Assembly (NCBI GenBank): GCA_043821445.1
Contig: JBDRCT010000003.1
Span: 5,440-69,439, forward strand
DNA from: Candidatus Omnitrophota bacterium
GTDB lineage: Bacteria > Omnitrophota > Omnitrophia > Omnitrophales > Aquincolibacteriaceae
Direction of reading: 5' to 3'
Length of the DNA stretch: 64,000 nucleotides
Within the stretch, counting starts at the first letter, position 1; every line of letters starts with the position of its first letter. Positions 50,556 through 61,900 of the stretch are shown here, in pieces. The translations under genes and the position numbers were made by a program. Below the pieces are notes generated by a model. The model saw only the letters and a program-made list of their open reading frames with translations. It was not told the origin of the DNA and made no database searches.

Positions 50556-51565
50556 TTGAAGATCACGAACAGGATAATCCAGGCATAGAGCCCGGCACCG
50601 AGATCATCGGCCATGATACCCCAGTAACGCGGAATACGCTCAAGCGACCGCACGGGGAAAGGTTTAAATACGTCAAAAACGCGAAACAAAACGAACCCCA
50701 AGATCGCAGAAGACCAGGTGATCGGGATCAGCATGAACGTTACGAAAATACCGCAGACTTCGTCGATCACAATGTATTGTGGGTCCGGGTCCGGATCCGT
50801 GATCCGTTCATAAGCCAAAGCGCCCCACACGACAAAAAACACAAAAACCGCCCCGTAAAGCCCGCTACTCCACCGGGTCAGAAAAACTAGAAGAACACCG
50901 AGCAAACTTCCCCACGTCCCGGGAGCCCTCGGAAAGAGCCCCACCCCAGCCGCAAGAACGAACCTGTTGAATGCTTCGGATTCGAAATGAGCCCGTTGGT
51001 TCCAGAGGAACATGCCGCCTGAGATGATCGTCAATGCGACCGTCGTGATCAACAGGACCGGAAGAAGATAATAAAGCATACCCGTCACTACATCGAGCGC
51101 GGGATAAGGGTTCAGAAGTAAATAGGCAAAAGCGATCCACACCGTGACCGTCTGAAAACCGAATTTCAATTTGCCCATCATTTCGGCACCCAAGGACTTC
51201 CCTTCGAGAAGCCACCCGGTCCGGCAGAATGTCACCAGGATCTCACGGATAAAGATCGGAACCACCCACCAGATCGAATAAAAATGGAGGGCCGCAAAAG
51301 CAGCCATCGGCGCTAAGATCAGGATCTTGTCATTAAAAGGATCGATCCACTTGCCAAAGTCGGATTCAAGTTTGTACTGACGGGCGATCCAACCATCGAA
51401 ATAATCGGTGATCGCACCTACGATGAACAAAATAAAAGCCCAAAGATGTCCCGACGGGCTCGGCCGCAGGATCAAGAACGGTAGAGAAAGCCCGATCAGT
51501 CCCCGCGCGATGCTCAGCACGTTCGGGATCAGGAGAGAGTATTTATATTTCGCCCACGAGGTCAT
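50552..51565 (-). CDS. fused PgsA (CDP-alcohol phosphatidyltransferase) and PgpA (phosphatidylglycerophosphatase A)
   Basis: PN.LS..R and DYFDG.IAR....S.FG..IDP..DK (PgsA); APGTWGSL, DP..IVIDE..G, FR.FD..KP, G.MADD..AG (PgpA). Confidence 0.9.
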   Translation of the reverse strand: MTSWAKYKYSLLIPNVLSIARGLIGLSLPFLILRPSPSGHLWAFILFIVGAITDYFDGWIARQYKLESDFGKWIDPFNDKILILAPMAAFAALHFYSIWWVVPIFIREILVTFCRTGWLLEGKSLGAEMMGKLKFGFQTVTVWIAFAYLLLNPYPALDVVTGMLYYLLPVLLITTVALTIISGGMFLWNQRAHFESEAFNRFVLAAGVGLFPRAPGTWGSLLGVLLVFLTRWSSGLYGAVFVFFVVWGALAYERITDPDPDPQYIVIDEVCGIFVTFMLIPITWSSAILGFVLFRVFDVFKPFPVRSLERIPRYWGIMADDLGAGLYAWIILFVIFK

Positions 51566-52874
51566 AGTCTTGTGTATCCGTGATCTTGACGGTGTAAAAT
51601 TTTCCGACTGTTATTTCTTTTGCCGTTCGGATAAGAACACTGCCGTCTACTTCCGGCGCGTCCATGAAGGAACGCCCCGTCCACAAATTTGGATCTTTCT
51701 CATTCTGCGTCTCGACTAGCACCCGGAGCTCTTTGCCGAGATAACGGCGGTTCACTTCCCGCGCGATCTCCTGCTGCAACCGCATGGCCCGGTGATAGCG
51801 CTCTTCTTTGATCTTTTCGGGAACCTGTCCGGAGAATTCCGCGGCTGGGGAACCCTCTTCCTGAGAATACCGGAAAATCCCGAGGCGTTCGAATTTCGTC
51901 TCGCGCATGAAAGTCAGAAGCTCTTCAAAATCTTCTTCCGTCTCGCTCGGGAATCCCACGATAAAACTCGTCCGGATCACCACCCCGGGAATCATGGCCC
52001 GCAACTTCCGTACGAGCTCCGCGGTCTGCTTCTTCGTATTCCCCCGCCGCATAGCTTTGAGTATTTTATCACTAATATGTTGGAGCGGTAAGTCTATGTA
52101 GCGGCAGACCTGTTTTGACTTTGCGACGGCCCGGATGATCTCATCCGTCAGCGTCGAAGGATAAGTGTAAAGAAGACGCACCCACTTGACACCCCGCACC
52201 GTCCCTAAGGCTTCCAAGAGTTGTGGTAAGAGTGACTTGCCGGCATAATCCCATCCGAATCTCGTGATATCCTGACCGATCACGACAAGCTCCTTGGCGC
52301 CTTCGTCTGCCAATTGCTCCGCTTCCCGGACAAGGTCCGCGATGTGACGGGAACGGTAACGTCCGCGTAGCTTGGGGATCACGCAAAAGGAGCACACATG
52401 ATCGCACCCTTCCGAGATCTTAAGATAACGGAAATGAGGAGGCGTCAGAGAGATGCGCGCTTCATCGGCCCCGGCAAGATAACCGGCCTTGTGAACGCTG
52501 ACAAATTTCTTCCCATCCGTGACTTTTTTCAGGACTTCGGCGATTCGCATATAGTCCCCGGAACCGATAAAAGCGTCGACTTCGGGGAATTCTTTCTGGA
52601 GTTCCTCCGCATACCGCTGGACCAGACATCCCACCACGACCACTCCGAGCAGTTTCTTTTTTTTCTTCAGCTCGAGCAGTTTCAGAAGCGCGTCGATCGA
52701 CTCCTGCTTGGCGTCCCGGATGAACCCGCAGGTATTAAGCAGCACCACATCGCTTTTTTTGATATCTTGTGTGATCGAATAATGAGCACCCCGGACCTTC
52801 CCCAGAATGACCTCGCTATCCACGAGCGTCTTGGAACATCCCAAGGACATGATCCCAACTTTGATCTCTTTCAT
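51543..52874 (-). CDS. rimO: ribosomal protein S12 methylthiotransferase RimO
   Basis: SLGCSK..VDSE, NTCGFI..A..ES, EGCDH.CSFC.IP, APEVDG TRAM domain. Confidence 0.95.
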   Translation of the reverse strand: MKEIKVGIMSLGCSKTLVDSEVILGKVRGAHYSITQDIKKSDVVLLNTCGFIRDAKQESIDALLKLLELKKKKKLLGVVVVGCLVQRYAEELQKEFPEVDAFIGSGDYMRIAEVLKKVTDGKKFVSVHKAGYLAGADEARISLTPPHFRYLKISEGCDHVCSFCVIPKLRGRYRSRHIADLVREAEQLADEGAKELVVIGQDITRFGWDYAGKSLLPQLLEALGTVRGVKWVRLLYTYPSTLTDEIIRAVAKSKQVCRYIDLPLQHISDKILKAMRRGNTKKQTAELVRKLRAMIPGVVIRTSFIVGFPSETEEDFEELLTFMRETKFERLGIFRYSQEEGSPAAEFSGQVPEKIKEERYHRAMRLQQEIAREVNRRYLGKELRVLVETQNEKDPNLWTGRSFMDAPEVDGSVLIRTAKEITVGKFYTVKITDTQDYDLVGEI

Positions 52875-52986
52875 TTTAAAAACTCCGTCCGTTTACTGGA
52901 AGACAAAAACAGCGGCATTGTAAGGTTTTTCCGTATGGAATAGGAAGGTTTTTATCAGCTTACGCGCTAGTCTTTTGAGAGATCGT

Positions 52987-55900
52987 TTACGCGGCAGACT
53001 GGATCGCCTGCAACGCCTGCATTGCGATTACCAGCATCTTGCTCAAAGCATCCTGGCTGAACGAACGGAAACCATTTTCATCTTTCTCTCCGTTGAGTAC
53101 TTCCTTGATCGCATCGACCTCGCTCGCGCTCAGGATTCGCTGGGACACGATGGACGCAAGGGTCGAAGTCGCGACCCGGCGGCTCACATCCGTACTATAA
53201 GGCTCCTTGATCATGAGCCCCCTGCCTGTATCCGTCTTGAACACTTTCAAAAATTGATCGGAACCCATAAAGACATAACCCAGTGGCCCTCTGGAAATCG
53301 CCGGCATTGTTTTCATTTTCGAGGTGATAAAATTATTCAGAGCAGTTTCCGGATTATTCTTATCGACCACGATGATATCAAAACGTTTTTCGGCGTTTAA
53401 TTCCTTAAGAGTTTTTGCTAATCGCTGCTCCATTCCCCTCTTTCGTTGCTCTGCTGCCGCAACTTCAGCCGCACCGTCCGCCATCAACACCATAACCTTC
53501 CCTTGCATTTTATTAACCAATGTCCCGAGATCTGCGGGCTCAATGATCGCATCCGCAGGCACGAGCTCAATCTCAAGCCCCTGCTTGTCCATGATTTCAA
53601 TTTGGGTCGTTTTCCCAAATAATGCTCCTGCCAACCCAGTAAAGACATCCCGAATAGCGGTGACCCAACCCGCGGTTTTCGCAGCGCTCGCGTTCGCAAG
53701 TTGCACAATAACATCAGCCATTTGCTCCGCCTTCAACCCGTCATCGAACACCATCCCCGCCACCGCCGCTACAATGACCGGCCCTTTCGCTCCCTGAACC
53801 TCCAGATTATTCACTGCCTCGACATTTGGCCCAATTTTAGCCTGCTCGACAACCAACATATCAGCAGGTGAGATTGCTTCACGAACGACCCTCATCTCGG
53901 AGCGTTGAGTTCCCGGCTCAGCTCCCGGAGATTCGGTTTCAAGGCGCTTTCCAACGGCCTTGAGTTCAGCCGCAACACGAGTTTTTTCGATTTTTGCTGC
54001 TTCAGCTTCGCGCACCTCAGAACGTTTCTCCGTCCCAGGCGCTCCACCCGGCATCTGATCGGTAAATTCCCTTTCAACAAAATCGTTCAACTTATCGATG
54101 CTGACTTCCTCCAGATCCCTGAAGGTCGCGAACATCTTCCTGGCCCCTTCCGCCCAGGATTCCTTTACTTTGGGCGGCTCACTCTCCCAAATAGCCAACA
54201 AGTCACTCACCGTCCTCCAGCGGGCATACTCATTTTCTCCCCTCCCGCCGTTCATCTTGAACCGGTCATAAATGGCGCCGGGATTGGCTTCCAAAACATA
54301 TTTTTGTATCGGGATGTACTTACCCTTAATTCCTGACAAGACCGCGAACCCTTTTTGCTGCGCCAGCCCCAACGCAACACAGAGAAGTGCTAATCCCGGA
54401 TGGAGCCCAATGCGCTGCGGAAAGGTCTCCCGAATCTGTTCCTTTTGATTAAGCCCGCCCGTGATCACAGCCACTCTCAATGCTTCACCGTTCTCTGCCT
54501 GCTGAGTATCAACGCCGATGCGATAGATCCATTGGGTCCTCTCACCTATCGCCTCCCCGATGGCTATGAGAACCCCGGAGGAGCCTTTCCCGAAGCCATA
54601 GCGCATTTCGATCAAGTAGGGTGTGCCACTGATACGCGCGATCTGTACGGATTGACGTCTCCGGAACTCCGGAGCGAACATCTGTTCCATTTTTTTCATA
54701 TTCTGTGTCGCCAAAACTAATTTTGTTTTGCTATCAAGTCCCGGCGGCAGATTGTAAAAAAACCGCCCTTGAGGATTCTGATCGATACGATATTGGCTCA
54801 AATAGGTCCTGAAAAAATCCTCGAAAACTTCGGCGGGAACGTTCCGCGGCACGACCTGGTTCTCCATCATCCACTCGAACAAGCTCCCGGTCTGCTTCTC
54901 TTCGATCTCCATGCTTTCCCGGAGCTTTTGGGACAAAAGCTTTAGCAGCTCATCGCAGGGTTTTTTTGTGAATGCCCGGATCCTGAAAATATAGTCCAGG
55001 GTTTGTTGGACCAGATCGAGCCTAAGCGGCTCACCCGCCGAAGGACTCAAAAGCCATGAAGCAATCTCATTCGCCTTCTCGTTCGAAAGGATCTGCCGTT
55101 TCTTGACGGAAACCGTCAGATACCCCAAAATATCCTCCCGCGTCTCGGAGCGAGCTGAAGGTATGGCCTCTTTAAGATGACCTGCGAGAGACTCCAAATA
55201 GGCTTCATCCACTTGCGGACCGACCCAATCGGGAGACTTTGTGAGATAGACTTTAGGATCGGGCTGGAGACCGTAGCGGTTCAGGAAATCCAAAAGCGGT
55301 GTGCTTTGTTTCCCGAAGTTATTTGGGTCGGTGTGATACCCTGCAGTTCCTAGTTCCTTTCTCATGTTCACCGTAATCCACTCCGGCGGCGACTCTTGGA
55401 GCGAATAAGCGTCAGCACAAACGGTCACGAATGTTTCGGTTCCAAAGATCTTCCCGGCCAGTTGATCCAGCTCCTTACCCTTCAGTTCAACGATCACAGG
55501 CCTGAACCACCATCCTATCTTTTGCATCGTCCAAATACGAATCGCCACAGGGCCCAGGATCTTTTCTGATGGCGGAACATGGACAAAATAAGTGATAAGT
55601 CCTTCGCGTAAAGCACGCGACCCCCAGTTCCCTTCGTTAATGGGTACTAAATATTGCTGCGTCCACGTTCCAACATCCGGATGGGCGTCAAAATTCACCA
55701 GGATCGGCAAAGCGGGGTTGGCCTCCCCCCGTTGTTTTCTCTCGCGGAACCGCTCCCGGAGATAATCTAAGACCCCGTCATGGGTCTCGATCGTGACCAC
55801 TTCTGTCCCAACTTTCGTCAGGACTCCTTTTCGCATTTCGGAGCGGGAAACGGGCTTTTCAGCAATGAGTTCGGAATAAGGCACGCGACGGCCGCCGAGT

Positions 55901-58900
55901 TCGTCTAGGGATTGTCTGGCTTTTTCGCGCTGAGCCTTGTAGAAAAGAAAAAGAAGCGCGGGAGCTTTGGCGGGGTTGAATCTGGCAATCTTACCGTATT
56001 TCCCTTCGTCCACGTCCATGGCCTTTTCGAGATCTTCCGGGGAAACCGCCTTTACCACATCCGAAAGCCACGCCGCCATCTTCATAACATTATCGATCTT
56101 TTGAAGAGGAGTGAGTTGAGAAGCGAGTCCGTTGAGACGCTCCAGGTCTGCTTGCTGGGCAATGATCAACAGAAGTATGGGAGATGTCGTTTCCGGAGTA
56201 CCCGGGATTTTTTTAAGTTCCTCTTCTAACTTCAACCCCGCCTTGTCAAATGTTTCGATGGTGGTGGGCGGACCACGATTCCTTTGGACATCCCCATGAA
56301 AAACTTCCACTATTTCGTCCGGGGCCACCCGGAAGATGATCTCTCCCCTTTCAAGCATCTCTGGGACCGTCTCTTCATCTTTGACCCCAAAAAGTTCGCG
56401 GGCGCTCCCGGAAACGGCTGTAATGGCCTGATCTCCGCCTTTATAGCCAACCCCGTCCATGTTTTGATATTCATGGAAGGCTCTCGGGATCGCCTGTCCC
56501 TTGTAACCCAGAACAATGAGGTGTCTCGTTTCCTTAATATCAACTTTCCGCGCTGCCTCCTGTCCCGCTCCTTCGGTTAAGAGACCTGTAAGGGTGTCGA
56601 TGATCTTCGGGTCCCTTTTTTCAGAGCTCGATGCCCGTTCTGCGAGCTTTTTCGACACCTCTTCGATCTTGTCCCGAGTCACTTCCTTTTTAACAAAAAT
56701 CCCGACTTTCACCTGATTCCTTTTCTTTTTAGCTTCCGAAAGTGCGTCATTGGCCAGCCACATCGCGCACTCATCAAAAAGTTCTATGCGCTCAGGCCTT
56801 AAAGTTTCTACGTCATCCTTTATATAAGTCCAATAATTGCCGCCGTCCTCGTGCTTAACGTCTTTCATCACCTCTTTAAAATAGTCCAGCACCCCGGACT
56901 GTTCCGGGAATTCAGGGTTCCCGGCAGCAGGAGCCGCTCCGATAGAAATAGTGAGAAATCCCCATTTTTGGGGAGTTGCGTTTTCAGATTGGATCTTTTC
57001 AAATCGGATCTCGTGAAGCTGATCGCCTTCCAGATTCAGTTTCGTATGAAGATCTCGCAAAAAGTCCTGCCATTTTCCCTCAGCATCTAACTTCCTCCGA
57101 TCGACACGGATGTATGTGCTCCCCGCATAAAGCACTGCGCTAAGTACGGAAGCATATTCTTTTGATTCGAAAATCTTCGCTTCATTTTCAGTAAGCGTTT
57201 TCTCCACTTCTAAAACCGCATAGCGTCCAAAAAATTCTTCATTGAGGTCTCGCAGGAAATTCTCCAGATCTTCTTGGGTAACTTTCCTTGCGGGAACGAA
57301 TATGATTTCATCGCCTCCAACACCCCGGTAAACTTCTAGGCCATATTTTTTGGCGATCACAAGTATCGTTTTCCGGTAATCGAGAACGGGTGAGTCTTTG
57401 GGCGTGATAAGATGCTCACCCGATCTTTCCAGGCTCATGACCCCCACGATGCCTTTCCCGCCGAGTGCGAGATTCTTGGCGCCGATCTTATCGAAATCCG
57501 ACATATAAAAACGGAAATTTTGAAGATCCGTCACACTTGGGTGTGCCCGCAGATATTTCAAACGTTGTTCCTTTCCGTCGTCCTGTGTTCCCCAGCCGTC
57601 CGATGATTTGAAAGCGTCCGGTTCAACACGAATTCCCAATTTTTCAGCTGTCTCAGGCGTCAATCGCGTGCTTGCGGGAATGGTAACCGTTTCAATTTCT
57701 CCGGTTTCCGAATTCCGGTGCGTGATCTTGAGGCCACCCTCTACTGCTACCTGGAGGTTCAGCAAATCTGCTACTGCCGCTTTGTGACTTGTCGGCGGAC
57801 TCGAATAGACATCGACAGCGCCGCCTTCTCTCATGGCCACTTCCAGCCCCCGAAGCTGCTCATTGATCTCGTCGATCTTCTCCTGTGTTATTTTCTCTGT
57901 CCGCATCTCGGAGCGTGGGAAAGCCATCAAAGCCGTTGCCGGTGTTTGCTGGGTGAACCGGTCCCCGGTATCGCCGCCATCAACAAAAAGAGCCTCCTTG
58001 ATGTCATAGGTGGTGTGCCAGTTTTCTAATGCCTCTATAAGCTTAGCCGTGGTCGGTCCCGTCCAACCAAAAATATCCCAGCCAAAAATATCCAGAGTGT
58101 GGACCCTTCCGCTTGGATCTACCCCCACAACGCTTTTCCGGCCTGAGAAAATACTTTTATGCCAATTCTCAATATTAGGATTCAAATTTCCTTCCGTGAT
58201 AGCCATGGGACCGGCCTGAAAACCTTGCGCCCATTGCTCTTTCGGGTAATTCTCCGGACGAAAGCCTTCTGCTGGCCTGATAAGCACGTCTCCGTTCCTG
58301 TTCAGTAGAAAAATTCCTTTCAACATGGCTGATCCGTTTTCTATGAATGCCCTATCCTGAGCATCCTCGCTCAACCGGAACCACCCTATGGCTCTCCTGC
58401 TTATCTCCCTAAAAGGATTGGCGTTCGAGACGTAGGTCCACCCCTCAGCCAGCAGTTGTTTGATATCCTTCCGTTCCACAATGCGGAACTCATATTTTTT
58501 GGGATCGAATTCGCGGGTCCCTTCGCTACTCCAATGATCGACCGTTGCCTTCTGTGCCACCCCAATCCCAAGAGACAAACCAAGAGCCCCCAGCAACAAG
58601 TTCCGCCTTGAGAAGATTTGAACCTCTTCCTGCCGCATCTCGGAACGCCCCTTGCCTTTGGGCGTGGCAGCTTTTCCGGCTTTTGCTTTTTGTGGACTGG
58701 GTTTCACGGTTTTCGGAGGGGTCTTTAAAATAGGATCCAGTTGTCGCGCGTACTGATTGAGCTCTGGGGTCAACCGTTCTACGGTATCTTTCGCATCGCG
58801 AACGGCCTTTGCCGCCTCGTTTTTGATCATTTCCCATTCGGCCGCCGTGTACCCTTTGTTGGAATAACCTTCCAGTTTTTTAAGCATTCGGCCGGCCTCA

Positions 58901-61900
58901 CCGAGATACCCCGTTTCAAGTTTTGCAAGGTTCCTTAGATTAATAGAAATGCGGTTCCTATATTGTTGAAGCTTCTTAAGATTGCGTTCTTTAGCGGGTT
59001 TATCCATTTCTCCCCGAATTGCTTCCGCAAGCGACTCGGCATCCCGGATCCTGCGAAGCGAGTTGGTAAGGGGCACGTTGACATGTTCGACCTGGTAGAG
59101 ATCCACCGTGAGATTCTTGAAAAGTGCGGCCGTTTGCTTCCGGTAACTGTCGCTTAAGGCTTCGCCCATCGTTCGTTCCACCAACTCTGCCGCAAACGCT
59201 TTAACGGCAACCGCTTTTAGGTAGGTCGCAAGCCCGTAATGAAGGTCGGCTTCCTCCCCCTCGTTCCTGGGCTTTGCGGTATCTCCCAGGTAAGGCGTAT
59301 TGTATTTCCTGTGGAACCGCGGCCACCCATCCTTCTCCCCGGGCCGGCCGGCAACATCCTGGGCTGAGGGTTCCATACGAATGAGGATAAACAGCCGCCA
59401 CAGGAGATGCTGCAACGTCGGGTCCGACGCGATACTTTCACGAACCCTGGCCGTTTCCGGTCTCCCCCTCTTTTTCTTTCTTATATTGTCTAAGTCCAGG
59501 GTGTTATATGTTGGGGACTTAAGCGCCTTATAAAAAGCGTCCACGCCGGGCGTCCAATTCTTTTCGATGAGCTGCCTAACAGGACTGCCTTCAGGAGCCA
59601 TCATTGCTTCGCGAAAAACGTCGACCGCCGATTGGGCTTCGATCTGGAAGGGGCCGGCCGCAGGACCTTTTTTCTTTTGATAGGGTTCGAACGTCGGATT
59701 TTCGAGATAGGTCAGATAGATCGCAGCGAACGCCAGATGCTGGATGCGCTCGGCACGTTCTTTTTCAGAAATGCCGGGATAAAGTGTCCTCTCGGAATCC
59801 CTTAAGAAAACCATGGTGTCCAGGTAGTGACGGACAATACGCTGCATCCGTTCGTCCTGTATATTCTCCGTATCGATCGCCGTCAAATCGCCTTGCAGCG
59901 CTTCAAGATCAAATGGGGTAAGTGCCCTCACCGGCGCGACGAGGGCCGTACTGACCGTCGAAGGTTTGCCTGGCAGCAATGCATTGTGAAACACGTAATA
60001 GACCGCCCCCCCAATCAGCAACACCAATGACAGTGTACCGATCACAAGCGTTCGTTTGATACGGGCAAGTTCGGACTTGGGAATTATGATCCTTAGCCGT
60101 ACTTTATCCTCATCCCGAATTTCGGAGCGGGAATTCTGAACGGCCCAATTGATGACTGCCTGGGACAGTTGACCGGGATAGGCGTTGATCAGGCCGGAGC
60201 TCGATATGCTGAAGACAACAACACTGTCTGGAACGGGCGGCGTTTTGTAACCGTCCGAATTGGGGTCGTATCGTGTTACCGCCAGCGGCACAGAGGCTGC
60301 CTTCGCGGGATCATATTTTGGGGGGTCGAAAACATAATATCGGGTTTTGAAAAATTCGGCGGTTTCAACGCGGGTAACGTTCTCCTCCGCCAAAAAGCTC
60401 CTGCTTCCAGCCAAACCCTGCTGGTAATGCGCCATATGGATCAATTCGTGGAGAAGGGTCCCTGTAAATATCTCCCATGCCGCGTTCCGGTCTTTTAGCA
60501 CCCAATCCAGAGCGCCCTGATCGACCGCGATAAGCTGCGAGTACGCCCGCCCACCTGCCCCACCTCCGGGCCTGTCTGTGCTATTGGGACTGACAAAGAC
60601 ATGATTTTGCCAATTGGGATCTGCCAGCAGGTCCCGGACAACGGGATCTCTGCTATTGGGCGCCATCGCCGCGATCTCTGCCCACGCTTCTTCCAGGACC
60701 TTTTTCGCTTCAGCCGGGAGATCACGGAATGCGGTATATCCAACCGGTATATCGCTCGGTGCAACTACCGAGAGGCCCCGCGCCCCCTGGCTGCAGGCCG
60801 TTCCCGCGGTCATCACAAACGCTGCAACAGGCGCGGTCCTCGCCCAAAACACCGGATTCGAAAAGTTTAGCGATGCCGCGAGAAGTACTAATGAGGCGTT
60901 CCGTTTTAATTTTGCGGAAACTCCCCGCACCCTAGGGGCAGAAGTCTCTACCTTGGCCTGCCGGCCCGCAGCGATCCATGCTTCATCCCAAACCCGGCGA
61001 ATCTCCTCTTCACGTTTTTCCAGGCCTGGAATTACATCATAAATGAACACGGCCTTTTCATCCCGCATCTCGGAGCGGCCACTAAACAACTCCGGATGTT
61101 TTCGGAGTATCCTATCGATCATCGGGCGGGCTGCTTGTTCCGCAAGCAGGGATCTTCTTATCCTTTTGTATCTTTCGATAAGCTTCGCACGAACTTCCAG
61201 TGAAACCCGCTGATCGCCCACTAGTTGGAGAAACTTCATGTTCTCTCTTGAAGCGCTAAAAAGGTCGTCCACGGACCCGTCCTCATTGAACCTGTCCCAA
61301 TGGTCATTCTTTTTGTTTTCTTCGCCGGCCAAACCCGCTAAAACGTTAATCGTTGTTTCTTTCCCGGCAGATCGCAACATCGCGGCTAATGTGGCCTTAA
61401 AATCTTCCTTATGCGCTCCCCGGTCGTCGAGGAGGGCCGCGTCCAACGCACTAAAGGCAGCAATGGGATCAGGGTCTTCCCCAAGCATCCGGATCGCCTG
61501 CCCTAAAGCCTTCCCATAAGTCAATTCCCGACGCTTGACCTTCTCCTCGAGCCAGAAAAAAAAGTCTTTTCGAAATTGTTCCCCACGTCCCGGCTCCCGA
61601 CTTAGTTGATCCATTTCGGTCAAGGCTTGGATATAAACCTCATCCATCGTTTCGGGCGTGGAACCACGGATCAGCTCCTTCCAGTGCGCCTCCATCTCCC
61701 GAAAAGCTTCGGAGTCCAAAGGACTGGCAGGTGACGACCTTGGACCTTCCGTTCGAGGGATCGCTGGGGAGACTTGACCTGCGTCGGGAGCTTTTTCGAG
61801 GAGTTCCTCCAGCCGCGCGATCTCGGCATCCATGCCGGCAAGAACTTCTTCTTTTGTAGCGATCGGGTCGATCCGACCGCTTGCGCCATTGAACTGGATC

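Noticed and set aside
60061-60078. KSELAR as a junction motif
   Set aside because: Partial match only, about 12 residues after a true motif, with the wrong spacing
61738-61755. RTEGPR in a Pro-rich linker as an eleventh junction motif
   Set aside because: Matches neither RSExR spacing nor the DNA consensus; at most a decayed copy
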